The translations under genes and the position numbers were made by a program. DNA of 64,000 nucleotides. Source: Tepidisphaera sp. GTDB lineage: Bacteria; Planctomycetota; Phycisphaerae; Phycisphaerales; UBA1924. The DNA lies in NCBI GenBank assembly GCA_050916045.1, contig CP051526.1, positions 2,048,001-2,112,000 on the forward strand, in the 5' to 3' direction. Positions 1-9,394 of this stretch are shown piece by piece. The stretch's first letter is position 1, and every line of letters starts with the position of its first letter. The notes under the pieces were generated by a model, which worked only from the letters and a program-made list of their open reading frames with translations, was not told the DNA's origin and did not search any database.

Positions 1-837
1 GTGGAGCAGCTCTTTGACGATGCGGTGATGGGGCGACTCACGGCGGACGTGATGGCGTGGTTCTACCGGCCGTTCCGGCGGGTCTTTGCGAGAAGCCCCG
101 AAGCGATGCGGGGGATGGAAGCCGCGGGGCTTGACCCGGCCCGGTTCGTGACGCTCCGCGCGGGGATGGACACGGACGCGTTCCACCCTCGGTTCCGCGA
201 TGCGTTGATCTGGGAGCGGCTGGGGGGTGGGGGCGGGGGCGGGGAAGTGGGCGGCGGACGAGGGCTTGTCCGGGTGCTGTCGTGCGGGCGGGTGTCGGTT
301 GAGAAGAACCTTCCGCTTCTGACGCGGGCGTGGGCCTTGGCGGCGGAACGGCTGGCGCAGGCGGGGGTTGCGGCGCAGCTTGTGGTCGTCGGCGACGGGC
401 CATACCTCGCCGAGATGAAGCGGGCGCTGGGCAGCGGACGGGCGGGGCCTTCTCCGCTGTTCCTGGGGTTCCGGCACGGAGCGGAGCTTTCGGCGATCTA
501 CGCGTCGGCGGACTTCTTCGTCTTCCCGAGCATGACGGACACGCTGGGTCAGGCGGTCATGGAAGCCCAGGCGTCGGGGCTTGCCGCGCTCGTGAGCGAC
601 CAGGGGGGGCCCAAGGGGGTGATCGCTCCGGGGCTGACCGGCCGGGTGATCCCGGGGACGGACGTTGAGGCGTGGGCCCGGGGGATCGTCGAGCTTGCGG
701 CGGATGCGGAGGGGCGGGCGCGGCTCGGAGCGGCGGCGCACGAGCGGATGCAGGACTTTTCCTTCCGCCGGAGCTTCGAGCACTTCTGGGAGGTGCACGA
801 GCGGGCGGTGCGGGACTCGTTACACTCGGGGGCATGA
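1..837 (+). CDS. Glycosyltransferase family 4 (GT-B), 5'-truncated by the window edge
   Basis: Motifs GRVSVEKNL, VVGDGP and FVFPSMTDTLGQAVMEAQASGL are typical of the GT4 C-terminal domain. Frame is open from base 1. Confidence 0.9.
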   Translation: MEQLFDDAVMGRLTADVMAWFYRPFRRVFARSPEAMRGMEAAGLDPARFVTLRAGMDTDAFHPRFRDALIWERLGGGGGGGEVGGGRGLVRVLSCGRVSVEKNLPLLTRAWALAAERLAQAGVAAQLVVVGDGPYLAEMKRALGSGRAGPSPLFLGFRHGAELSAIYASADFFVFPSMTDTLGQAVMEAQASGLAALVSDQGGPKGVIAPGLTGRVIPGTDVEAWARGIVELAADAEGRARLGAAAHERMQDFSFRRSFEHFWEVHERAVRDSLHSGA

Positions 838-1475
838 CACCGCTTGGACGAATGCCGCAGCTTCGGAACTGGCTTGTCCCCGGGCTGCTGATGCTGGGGC
901 TGGCGGCGGCGATGATGCTGACCATGCGGCTTCAGGGGAGGCTCTGGATCTCCAAATCCGGGGCGATTGAGCTCTGGCACACGGACGTCTGGTCGAGCGA
1001 GTGCTCGCAGCAGTTCACGGACCCCTACTCGATCACGCACGTCTCGCACGGCCTGCTCTTTGCCTTCTTCTTCTGGTGGATGTGCCGGATCGGCAAGCGG
1101 CGGGAGCGGGCGTGGCTTTGCGATGTGCGGTGGCACTTTGTCCTGACGGTCTTCGCGGCGGCGGTGTGGGAGGGCGTCGAGAACACCGAGTTCGTCATCG
1201 ACCGCTACCGGAGCGTCACGATGTCCTTTGAGTACAAAGGGGACACGATCCTCAACTCAACGGGGGACATGATCTCGTGCGCGGCGGGTTTCTTCATCGC
1301 CCGCCGGATCGGGTGGAAGTGGACGCTGGCCCTCTTTGCGCTTTCAGAGGTCACGCTCCTCTTCATCATGCGTGACAACCTGACCCTCAACGTCATCATG
1401 CTCATCAGCCCGATCGACGCGATCAAGCAGTGGCAGATGCAGGGTCACCTCCCGCCGCCGCTCCCGCCCGTCTGA
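834..1475 (+). CDS. DUF2585/UPF0314-like membrane protein
   Basis: SSECSQQFTDPYSITHVSHG, WEGVENT..VIDRYR, Y.GD.ILNS.GD and RDNLTLNVIML motifs. ATG at 834 overlaps the upstream TGA (ATGA). Confidence 0.8.
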   Translation: MTPLGRMPQLRNWLVPGLLMLGLAAAMMLTMRLQGRLWISKSGAIELWHTDVWSSECSQQFTDPYSITHVSHGLLFAFFFWWMCRIGKRRERAWLCDVRWHFVLTVFAAAVWEGVENTEFVIDRYRSVTMSFEYKGDTILNSTGDMISCAAGFFIARRIGWKWTLALFALSEVTLLFIMRDNLTLNVIMLISPIDAIKQWQMQGHLPPPLPPV

Positions 1476-1990
1476 CCAGCACCCATCCCCGCCTGAACGC
1501 CCTTCCCCGCGGCCCCGACGCGGCAAACGCTCACGAGGCCCTTCATGTAGGCCTGGAAGTCGTCGTGGAGGAACTTCATCCTGGGGCTGTCGAACATCTT
1601 GTGGAAGGTCTCTTCCTCCGCGACCTGCTTCATGCGGCGTTCCCAGCTGAGGAAGTACTCCTCGGGGATCTGTTCCTGCTTGTAGCTGAACCAGACGATC
1701 TCGAAGATCGAGAGCTGCATCAGATTGAAGAAGTAAAAGCGGATGTCCTCGTCGGTCGCGCCCGTCTCGACGTCGTGCTTGTAGACGTGGGCGAGGCGGG
1801 GGTCGCTGACGCGCATCTCGCGGAGGTGCATCTGCAGCTCGACGAGCTTGGTGAAGTTGGCGACGTGGGCGACGCGTCGCCAGTGGCGGAACTGCAGGCC
1901 GGTGAAGATGAGGCCCGAGGCGATGGCCATCGAGGAGATGAACTGGAGGAGGACGGGGAGCCAGGCGGGCGGGTTGTCCGGGAGGTTCAT
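1445..1990 (-). CDS. Hypothetical protein with one N-terminal TM helix and a helical soluble domain
   Basis: MNLPDNPPAWLPVLLQFISSMAIASGLIFTGLQF... Protein-like composition from ATG 1990. The longer ORF-track start runs through the tandem repeat. A TACCCT -10-like box lies 8 nt upstream. Confidence 0.7.
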   Translation of the reverse strand: MNLPDNPPAWLPVLLQFISSMAIASGLIFTGLQFRHWRRVAHVANFTKLVELQMHLREMRVSDPRLAHVYKHDVETGATDEDIRFYFFNLMQLSIFEIVWFSYKQEQIPEEYFLSWERRMKQVAEEETFHKMFDSPRMKFLHDDFQAYMKGLVSVCRVGAAGKGVQAGMGAGQTGGSGGGR

Positions 1991-2079
1991 GGCGGGTGAG
2001 GGTAGCGGGAGGGGGTGAGGGGCCGGGGGAAGGGTGGGGGCAGGGAGCGGATGGGCGGGATGCGGGGTTTTCGGACGAG

Positions 2080-2331
2080 CGGGCGCTCGGTCCCCGCCCG
2101 CGGGCGCTCCTTCCGCGGCCGCGGGCGCTCCGTCCGTGCCAGCGGAAGCTCCTTCCGTGCCAGCGGAAGCTCCTTCCGTGGCCACGGAAGCTCTGTTCGT
2201 GCCCGCCAAAGCTCCGTTGACGGCCACCAAAGCTCCCTTGGTGCCCGTCAAAGCTCCCTTGACGGCCATCAAGGCTCTCTTGGTGCCCGTCAAAGCTCCG
2301 TTGACGGGCACCAACGCTCCCTTGACGGCCA
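2080..2331. repeat. Degenerate tandem repeat, 12 x 21 bp
   Basis: Units in exact 21-bp register, e.g. cgggcgctccttccgcggccg, cggaagctccttccgtgccag, ccaaagctccgttgacggcca, tcaaagctcccttgacggcca. Confidence 0.9.
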
Positions 2332-2408
2332 TCAAGACGCCCCCGGCGGCCCCCTTTCCCCAACACCCCCCCACCGTTCCTCCCCCCCGCCTGATACCCT
2401 GCCCTCCC

Positions 2409-5252
2409 ATGGCCGGAGACCCCACGTCCCCCAAAGGCAACCCCCGCGACACCCCCGCGATGCAGCAGTACTACCGGTTCAAGCGCGAGCACCCGGGGTG
2501 CCTCCTCTTGCTCCGGATCGGGGACTTTTACGAGGCGTTCGATGAGGATGCGGTGCTCCTCTCCAAGGCCCTGGGCCTGACCCTCACCAAGCGGACCGAG
2601 GGGCTCCCCATGGCGGGGATGCCCCACCACCAGCTTGAGGTCTACCTCAAGCGGCTGATCGCCCAGGGGATCAAGGTCGCCGTCGGCGATCAGGTCGAGG
2701 AGGCGTCGCAGGCCAAGGGGCTCATCCGCCGCGAGGTGACGCGCGTCGCGACCCCCGGCACGATCGTCGAGGAGACGCTCGTCGAGGAGGATGCGAGCGT
2801 CACGGTCGCGGCGGTCGCGTTTCTCGGGGCGGGCGAGGAGTCGGCGGCGGCGATGGCGGTCGTCGAGGCTTCGACCGGCGACTTCCTCGTGATGGAGATG
2901 CCCGCGGAGGGCGTGATCGATGAACTGGCGCGGCGGCGCGTCCGCGAGGTTCTGTTTGCCCCCGAAGCCGACGGCGTGACCGCTCCGCCCCGGGTGAAGC
3001 GGGTGCTCGAGGCCCTCGGCGTCCCCGGGACGCCCCGGCCGACCTGGCACTTTCGCACGGAGGAAGCCCGCGAAGCGGTGCACAACCACTTTGGCGTGAC
3101 GACGGTCTCGGGGTTTGGCCTGAGCGATGCGGACGCGGTGATCGTGCCCGCGGGCGTCGTGCTTCGGTACCTCCGCGAGACGCAGACGCCCGGGCAGGAT
3201 GAGCGGAACCCCGGGGCGGTTCGCGGGGCTCTCGCGCCCCGAGCGACGCTCGCCCACCTGCGGCCCCCGAGGCGCGAGGATGCGAGCGGGGCGTGCCAGA
3301 TCGACGCGGTGAGCCTGAGGGCCCTTGAGGTGGAGCGCGTCCTGAGGCAGGGGATGGGCGGGGGCGTGGGGCCGGGGGGCGTTGGAGTGGATCGCTCGCT
3401 CGTGGGGGTCTTTCTCGGGACCGGCAGGGCGTGCGTTTGCAAGACCGCGATGGGCAAGCGGCTGCTGCGGGATTGGCTCTGCCGCCCGCTCGCGGACCTG
3501 AAGGCGATTGAGGCGCGGCAGGCGGCGGTGAGCTTGTTCGTGTCGGACCGGCGCGTGGCGGAGGAGCTTGCGGACGGGCTTGAAGGGGTGCAGGACGTCG
3601 CGCGGATCGCGGGAAGGCTGGCGCTGGACCGGGCGACGCCGAGGGATCTTGTCGCGCTGGGGGAATCGATCGGCCGCGCGGGACGGATCGCGGCCCCCAT
3701 CGCCGAGGCGCCGGCCGTCGCGGTGCTCCGGGCGGAGATCGAGAGACTGGCGAGCGTGCTTGATCCCCTGGCGAAGGAGATCGCGGCGGCGTGCGTCGAG
3801 GCTCCGCCGGCTCATCTTCGGGACGGCGGGCTGATCAGGGACGGGGTGGACGCCCAGCTCGACGAAGCGAGGCTGCTTCAGAAGGACGCGGGAACGTGGC
3901 TCGCCGCGTATCAGGAGCGGCTGGCGAACGAGCTTGCGCTCCCGGGAATCAAGGTCGGGTACAACCGCGTCTTCGGGTACTACATCGAGCTGACGGCGGC
4001 GCAGTCTCGGAACGCGGCGGAGGCGGCGGCCAGGCTGGAACGCAAGCAGTCGCTCAAGAACGCCGAGCGGTTCACGACGCCGGAATTGCGTGAGTTTGAG
4101 CGGAAGGTGACGACCGCGGAGAGCCGGGCTCTGGACCGCGAGCGACAGCTCTTCGCCAAGCTCTGCGACCGCAGCCGCGAGAAACTCGGGGAGATGCAGC
4201 GGTACGCGAGGACCGTGGCGGAGCTTGACGTTCTGCTCGGGTTTGCGATGAGGGCGGCGGCGAGAGGATGGGTGAAGCCCGAGATGGTGGCCGAGCCGGT
4301 GCTCGAGATCGAGCAGGGGAGGCACCCCGTGCTCGAAGAGATCCTGGGCAACGACTTTGTGCCAAACGACGTGACGCTGGACACGGCGGGGGTTCCCGCG
4401 GGCGTCGCCGGGCGGATCCGCCCGGGCGGGGAAGCGGACAAGCCGGGGACGCTCGGGCTTATCACCGGGCCGAACATGGCGGGCAAGAGCACGTTCATCC
4501 GGCAGGTGGCGCTGATCGTGCTGCTCGCACACGCGGGGTCCTTCGTGCCGGCGAACCGCGCGACGATCGGGGTGACGGACCGGATCTTCACGCGGATCGG
4601 GGCGGATGATGCGCTGCACGCGGGGCAGTCGACGTTCATGGTCGAGATGACCGAGACGGCGAACATCCTGAACAACGCGACCTCGCGGTCGCTGGTGGTG
4701 CTGGACGAGATCGGGCGCGGGACGAGCACGCTGGACGGGCTGAGCCTCGCGTGGGCGATCGCGGAGTTCCTCGCGGAGACAGGCCCGAGGACGCTTTTCG
4801 CGACGCACTACCACGAGCTGACGGACCTTGAGAGCCGGATGCCGGGGAAGGTGAAGAACCTGCACGTGGCGGTGCGGGAGTGGACGACGCCCGAGGGTGC
4901 GCACGAGATCGTCTTCCTGCACCGGATCCTGCCGGGGCGGACGGACCAGTCGTACGGCGTGCACGTCGCACGGCTGGCGGGGATTCCCGCGGCGGTGATC
5001 GGCCGGGCGCGGGAGGTGCTGGAGTCCCTCGCGGTTCAGCACGGGCCTCTGACGGGGCCGGCGACGCCCCCCCACTCTCAGGCCAACGCACGGCCGGAGC
5101 CCGCGCCGGCGGACGGGCAGATGATGCTCTTCACGCAGTACCTGCCGCATCCCGCGCTGGACCGGTTGCGCGAGATCAAGATGGACACGCTGAGTCCGAT
5201 GCAGGCGTTCGAGGTGCTTCGGGAGCTTCGCGAGAGGTCGCTGAAGCCCTAG
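2409..5252 (+). CDS. mutS: DNA mismatch repair protein MutS
   Basis: TPAMQQY, GDFYE mismatch-binding motif, Walker A GPNMAGKST, STFMVEM, DEIGRGT, FATHYHEL and SYGVHVA. Start placed at ATG 2409. Confidence 0.97.
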   Translation: MAGDPTSPKGNPRDTPAMQQYYRFKREHPGCLLLLRIGDFYEAFDEDAVLLSKALGLTLTKRTEGLPMAGMPHHQLEVYLKRLIAQGIKVAVGDQVEEASQAKGLIRREVTRVATPGTIVEETLVEEDASVTVAAVAFLGAGEESAAAMAVVEASTGDFLVMEMPAEGVIDELARRRVREVLFAPEADGVTAPPRVKRVLEALGVPGTPRPTWHFRTEEAREAVHNHFGVTTVSGFGLSDADAVIVPAGVVLRYLRETQTPGQDERNPGAVRGALAPRATLAHLRPPRREDASGACQIDAVSLRALEVERVLRQGMGGGVGPGGVGVDRSLVGVFLGTGRACVCKTAMGKRLLRDWLCRPLADLKAIEARQAAVSLFVSDRRVAEELADGLEGVQDVARIAGRLALDRATPRDLVALGESIGRAGRIAAPIAEAPAVAVLRAEIERLASVLDPLAKEIAAACVEAPPAHLRDGGLIRDGVDAQLDEARLLQKDAGTWLAAYQERLANELALPGIKVGYNRVFGYYIELTAAQSRNAAEAAARLERKQSLKNAERFTTPELREFERKVTTAESRALDRERQLFAKLCDRSREKLGEMQRYARTVAELDVLLGFAMRAAARGWVKPEMVAEPVLEIEQGRHPVLEEILGNDFVPNDVTLDTAGVPAGVAGRIRPGGEADKPGTLGLITGPNMAGKSTFIRQVALIVLLAHAGSFVPANRATIGVTDRIFTRIGADDALHAGQSTFMVEMTETANILNNATSRSLVVLDEIGRGTSTLDGLSLAWAIAEFLAETGPRTLFATHYHELTDLESRMPGKVKNLHVAVREWTTPEGAHEIVFLHRILPGRTDQSYGVHVARLAGIPAAVIGRAREVLESLAVQHGPLTGPATPPHSQANARPEPAPADGQMMLFTQYLPHPALDRLREIKMDTLSPMQAFEVLRELRERSLKP

Positions 5253-5450
5253 GCGTGCTCTGATAACCGAAGGAACGGGCGAAACGGACGGAGTTGGTCC
5301 GGAGAACGGCGGCACGCCCCGGGCGGGCGTCACCGTCGGCCGGGGCATGGCCGCTGGTGGCGTGTGGCGGTGGCGTGGAGCGTGATCATGCCGCATGGTG
5401 TGTGGACCGGAGCACGGATGCTCTGGACCAACTCAGAAAGGGCTCACATC

Positions 5451-5954
5451 ATGAAGAACGTTAAACTGATCGCCGCGTCTTTGGTCGCTCTCGCTGTCGC
5501 CACGCCCGCCATGGCGGATCTGGGCGACGGGCTGTTTGCCGCGGGCGGCGACGTCACGGTTGAGATTCTTGAAAGCAGCGCGGGGTACACCAGCGAGCTT
5601 CACCTTGATTCGCCGGTGTCGATGTTCATCGGGACCAACCGCGATCTTGGGACGATCGTGAATCTCGGCTCGTTCACGGCGGGGACGGAGATGATCTTTC
5701 GGCTTTTCGTGCGGGACACGGAGCAGTCTTACTTCACCGGCGCGGCGGCCCGGAATCCCGACGGGATCATCCACGCGAACGTGACGTGGGAAAGCCCGAA
5801 CGTCGCGGTGGTCGGGTTTGAGGACATCTACGGCGGGGGTGACGCGGACTACAACGACTGCACGTTCCGGTTCACCGGCGTCGCGGTGCCCACGCCGGGC
5901 TCGGCGGCTCTCTTCGGCCTTGGCGGTCTTCTCGTGGCTCGCCGTCGCCGCTGA
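5451..5954 (+). CDS. Secreted DUF4114-like protein with PEP-CTERM-type (VPTPG) sorting signal
   Basis: Signal peptide MKNVKLIAASLVALAVATPAMA, GFEDIYGGGDADYND motif, and C-terminal VPTPG + hydrophobic segment + RRRR. Confidence 0.85.
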   Translation: MKNVKLIAASLVALAVATPAMADLGDGLFAAGGDVTVEILESSAGYTSELHLDSPVSMFIGTNRDLGTIVNLGSFTAGTEMIFRLFVRDTEQSYFTGAAARNPDGIIHANVTWESPNVAVVGFEDIYGGGDADYNDCTFRFTGVAVPTPGSAALFGLGGLLVARRRR

Positions 5955-5976
5955 GACTTCAAGCGGGCGTGATCTC

Positions 5977-6010
5977 AAGGGGTCGGCCCAGGCCGACCCC
6001 TTTCGTTTTT
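5977..6010 (+). terminator. Intrinsic terminator, possibly bidirectional
   Basis: aaggggtcggcc-ca-ggccgacccctt inverted repeat followed by tcgttttt, between convergent genes. Confidence 0.8.
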
Positions 6011-6025
6011 CCGGTCGAGCGTGGA

Positions 6026-6490
6026 TCAGCGGATGGAGAAACGCTCCATGGCGGCCAGCGTTTCGTCGCTGACGTGGTGCTCGATCCCTTCGGCGTCGGC
6101 TTGAGCGGCTTCGGGCGAGACGCCCAGGGAACGGAGAAAGGCAAGGACGACCTTGTGTCGGCGGAGGACGTGTTGGGCGAGCGCGGCGCCGGCGGGCGTG
6201 AGTTCGACGGGCTGGTAGGGTTTGCCGGCGACGAGGGCGGCACGCTTGAGGCGGGCGATCGTGCGAACGACGGTGACGTGGCTGACGCCGAGGCATCGGG
6301 CGACCTCGGTGACGCGGGCTTCTCCATGGGCAGCGATGAGTTCAGAGATGACGGCGACGTAGTCCTCGGCGTTGGCGGTGGCTTGGGCTTTACGCGCACG
6401 GAGGCGGGACCGCGTCCGCTCGGCGTGAGCCGCGGTTCGCTGGTGGTTGGTTTTCGGCGTGGCTCGCTGAGGATTCGGGCGGCCGGACAT
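6026..6490 (-). CDS. mntR: Mn2+-responsive DtxR/MntR-family transcriptional regulator
   Basis: EDYV..I..L....GEAR, LGVSHVTV and DAEGIEHHVS metal-site motif. Short two-domain form like enterobacterial MntR. Confidence 0.85.
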   Translation of the reverse strand: MSGRPNPQRATPKTNHQRTAAHAERTRSRLRARKAQATANAEDYVAVISELIAAHGEARVTEVARCLGVSHVTVVRTIARLKRAALVAGKPYQPVELTPAGAALAQHVLRRHKVVLAFLRSLGVSPEAAQADAEGIEHHVSDETLAAMERFSIR

Positions 6491-6591
6491 CGGAGGGGAT
6501 TATCCCGAACGGCGTGGGCGCTGCGAGGCCTTGACGCGGTCCGCACGAAGAATTCGTGATGAGGAGGGGTGTGTGTCCCCTACCATCGGGG

Positions 6592-7179
6592 ATGCTTACT
6601 CCAGCGATGTATCGCGATCACTTCGCGCGGGCCAAGGGTTACTCGGAATATGTAGCGACAGGCACAGCGGATCAGCAAGCTCGCTGGCGGGACTTCCATC
6701 GGCAGGTGCGCATCACGGAGGCGCAGCGGTCGCTGGTGGGATCGTTCACGCGTCGGGTGAACGTGCTTGTGATTTCTGGTGTGTGGTGCGGGGACTGCGT
6801 GCAGCAGTGTCCGATGCTGGATCACTTGGCGACGATCAAGGCAGCGCGCGGAGACGGGCCGGGGGTGGATTTGCGGTTCGTGGATCGGGACGTGCACAAG
6901 GACCTGTCGGACGCGGTGATGATCTGCGGGGGGAACCGGGTGCCGACGGTGATCTTTCTGAACGAGGACATGGAGTTCATCGGGCTTTCGACGGACAAGA
7001 GCATCAGCCGGCTTCGGGCGCTTGCGGCGCGGCAGCTTGGCCCATCGTGCCCGGTGCCGGGGGCGCCGGTGCCGGCGGATGAGATCGCGGCGACGCTGCA
7101 GGACTGGTGCACGGACCTGGAGAAGGCGCACCTGCTGGCGAGGCTGAGCGCGAAGCTGCGGCAGAAGCACGGGGACTGA
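6592..7179 (+). CDS. Thioredoxin-fold protein
   Basis: WCGDC active-site motif and GGNRVPTVIF cis-Pro loop. Start uncertain (6556-6607). Confidence 0.8.
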   Translation: MLTPAMYRDHFARAKGYSEYVATGTADQQARWRDFHRQVRITEAQRSLVGSFTRRVNVLVISGVWCGDCVQQCPMLDHLATIKAARGDGPGVDLRFVDRDVHKDLSDAVMICGGNRVPTVIFLNEDMEFIGLSTDKSISRLRALAARQLGPSCPVPGAPVPADEIAATLQDWCTDLEKAHLLARLSAKLRQKHGD

Positions 7180-7311
7180 GTGGGCCTGCCAAGCGGGCAA
7201 ACCCGGGGTTTGTACCGGGTGTTTCCGGACCTCTTGGGGTCCTCCAGGGACGGACTGAGCGGTTTCTCGGGCACTGGGAGCGGATTCCGCGCAAGAAATG
7301 ACGAAATCCGC

Positions 7312-7340
7312 TTGACACGATCCACATATTCGTGCAACAT
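7312..7340 (+). promoter_or_regulatory. Putative sigma70-type promoter for the PEP-CTERM gene at 7528
   Basis: TTGACA-N17-CAACAT: perfect -35, weak -10. Confidence 0.4.
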
Positions 7341-7527
7341 GGGGGTGCAGGAAGAGGCGAGAGTGACAAGACATCGGCCGCTGCGTCCGATTGCCCGGGA
7401 GTTTTCCGACCCTGGGAGCGACGAGCGGGAGCGTGCAGGCCGAGTTCACCATTGCCTTCTTTGCTGCGTGGAGTCTTCGGGAATGTCCCGGGGGCGCATG
7501 GTCGCGTATGCATTGAGGAGACAGGCA

Positions 7528-8331
7528 ATGAAGACGGCAGTTCTTTTTGCGGCGGTGGCTTTCGCTGGCACGGCGATGGCTGATGTGGAGATCAACGGCG
7601 GCGATCTGCTTCGCGGCCACCAGTACACGATCGGCGAAGCTTCGCCCTTCGGCGCTCGCGCGACTCCCGGCGCTTCGTACTCGAACATCGACACGTACAC
7701 GGGTTCGGCGTTCGCCAACGGCGGTTCGCAGAACCAGAGCGGCAACACGATCACCCGTCTGGTGATGGACGATCTGACCTTCGCGCTGCCGTACCTCGCC
7801 GGCCAGAGTTTCACGTCGTTCACGTTCTCCGTGGCGAACCTGAACACGGTGGCGGTGAGCGCTCGTCCGCGCGTCCGCTTCTGGGTGGGCGATGCGGCCG
7901 GTGGCAGCCCGGGCACCTACTACAACGCGATCGGGTACACGTTTAACCCGATTTCGTTCGGCGCGAACTCGGTGGGCCTGTTCACGGGCACCATCGGGCC
8001 GGGCTTCTTCCAGCCGGCCGCTGGCCAGGTGCTCTGGGCCGGCATCACGTTCGACAACAACGTCGGCGCGACCGGCGCGACCGCGGCGCAGCTTGACAAC
8101 CTCGGCCAGGGCATCTTCAACCCGCCCGCGGTCGGTTCGAGCTCGGACACCTTCTTCGCGACGACGGGCGCGGGCTCGTTCTTCAACACGAACAATCCGG
8201 CCGGCAGCCAGTCGAACTTCGGCGGCAACCCTGCCGCGAACTTCGGCTGGGAGTTCAACGTTCCCACCCCCGGCAGCATCGCGCTGCTCGGCATGGGCGG
8301 ACTCCTGGCCGCTCGCCGTCGCCGGGCCTAA
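7528..8331 (+). CDS. Secreted Gly/Asn/Thr/Phe-rich protein with PEP-CTERM-type (VPTPG) sorting signal
   Basis: SD gaggag, signal peptide MKTAVLFAAVAFAGTAMA and C-terminal VPTPGSIALLGMGGLLAARRRRA. Confidence 0.88.
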   Translation: MKTAVLFAAVAFAGTAMADVEINGGDLLRGHQYTIGEASPFGARATPGASYSNIDTYTGSAFANGGSQNQSGNTITRLVMDDLTFALPYLAGQSFTSFTFSVANLNTVAVSARPRVRFWVGDAAGGSPGTYYNAIGYTFNPISFGANSVGLFTGTIGPGFFQPAAGQVLWAGITFDNNVGATGATAAQLDNLGQGIFNPPAVGSSSDTFFATTGAGSFFNTNNPAGSQSNFGGNPAANFGWEFNVPTPGSIALLGMGGLLAARRRRA

Positions 8332-8427
8332 GTGCTCGCGACACTCCCGGATCCGCTTCCTGACCCGAAGGGATCCATGATGGGAGATAATCCCCGCACT
8401 GACCCTGCGAGGACGACCTGAAACCAG

Positions 8428-8465
8428 CAAGGCCCCGCACGCGAGTGCGGGGCCTTGTCTTTTTT
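8428..8465 (+). terminator. Intrinsic terminator
   Basis: caaggccccgcac-gcga-gtgcggggccttg 13-bp stem with GNRA loop, then a T run. Confidence 0.88.
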
Positions 8466-8491
8466 CGAAGCTGTGCCTGGGGACGAGCGGT

Positions 8492-9115
8492 TTACACCGG
8501 CTCGGGGAGGCGGATGGCGGCGAGGTATTTGCGGGCTCGCGAGGAGTGGTCCTTGGGGGAGATCTGCGAGCCGTCGGCGCGGAACTTGACCATGCGGCCG
8601 ACCTTTGCGAGCTTGGCGAGGGCCTGGTTGATGCTGGAGCGGAGGCTGGTCGCGGCGGCGTCGGACTCGTAGCCGACGTCGGAGAGGGCTTCGGCGATCT
8701 CCTCGGTGGTCATGGGCTCGGTGTAGCGGTCGAGGGTCCAGATGGAGACGATGGCTTCGGCGAGATTCTTGGGCTCCTTACCGGTCGGAGCGGGGGCGGA
8801 CCTGGCGAAGCTCGCGGAGCGAGCGAGGGGGTTGCGGCCGGAAGATCCCGCGGACTTTCCGAGGAGGCCGTCGAAGGCGGACATGCGTCGGCGGTGCTGC
8901 TCGAGGAGCTTTTCACCGTAGGTGCGGATGGCTCGCAGGCGGGATTCGGCGTCGCGGGCGACGGCTTCGTAAGCCTGCTTGGCTTCCTGTTCGCGTTGAC
9001 GCTCGATGTCCATCCAAGCGGAGATCTGGTCGAGCTGCTCGGCGACCTCGACCATGGAGAGTTCGGAGACGGGGCGAGAGGCATCGAATGGCAAAGGGCT
9101 GCTTTCAACGGTCAT
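8492..9115 (-). CDS. Hypothetical DNA-binding protein (coiled coil, linker, winged-helix-like C-terminus)
   Basis: E/Q/R/A-rich helical N-terminal half, S/G/A/P linker, then NLAEAIVSIW...PMTTEEIAEAL...SLRSSINQALAKL. aagga upstream of ATG 9115. Confidence 0.7.
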   Translation of the reverse strand: MTVESSPLPFDASRPVSELSMVEVAEQLDQISAWMDIERQREQEAKQAYEAVARDAESRLRAIRTYGEKLLEQHRRRMSAFDGLLGKSAGSSGRNPLARSASFARSAPAPTGKEPKNLAEAIVSIWTLDRYTEPMTTEEIAEALSDVGYESDAAATSLRSSINQALAKLAKVGRMVKFRADGSQISPKDHSSRARKYLAAIRLPEPV

Positions 9116-9394
9116 GTTTGACAATTCCTTGGGAGAGAGAGCCGACCCGAGTCGATACGCAGACCATCGTGGAATCGGCACTCGTCGACTCGGCTGGGAG
9201 AAGCCTTGTGTCGAAGGTGGTTCGGGACAGCGTAGCGTGGCCCGCGGGGAACTTCCACGAAGTGGAGGCCGCGAGGGCGGGATCATTCGCGGTTTGTTTG
9301 GGGCAGAAAGACGGCGGATTGGGATCCGCGCGGCGACCGGGACCGTATAGTGGGCATCGCGCGTGGCGGTCGGTCACGCTTTGGGAGGTCACGG

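Noticed and set aside
221..260. G-run tract encoding poly-Gly in the glycosyltransferase as a phase-variation site
   Set aside because: Runs are at most 6 G, interrupted, and the frame is intact. More likely a flexible loop.
2080..2331. Possible CRISPR array
   Set aside because: Units are contiguous and degenerate with no unique spacers, and no cas genes are present.
2034..2408. Repeat-encoded N-terminal extension of MutS
   Set aside because: MutS similarity begins just after ATG 2409, which has a -10-like box 8 nt upstream. The extension is not excluded but is unsupported.
1344..5396. 1350-aa minus-strand ORF, and similar long antisense ORFs (10808-13021, 38344-41037, 6580-8430, 50102-51658)
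   Set aside because: They lie opposite well-supported genes, are R/P/G-rich or mirror the sense codon pattern, and have no motifs. These are shadow ORFs expected in high-GC DNA.
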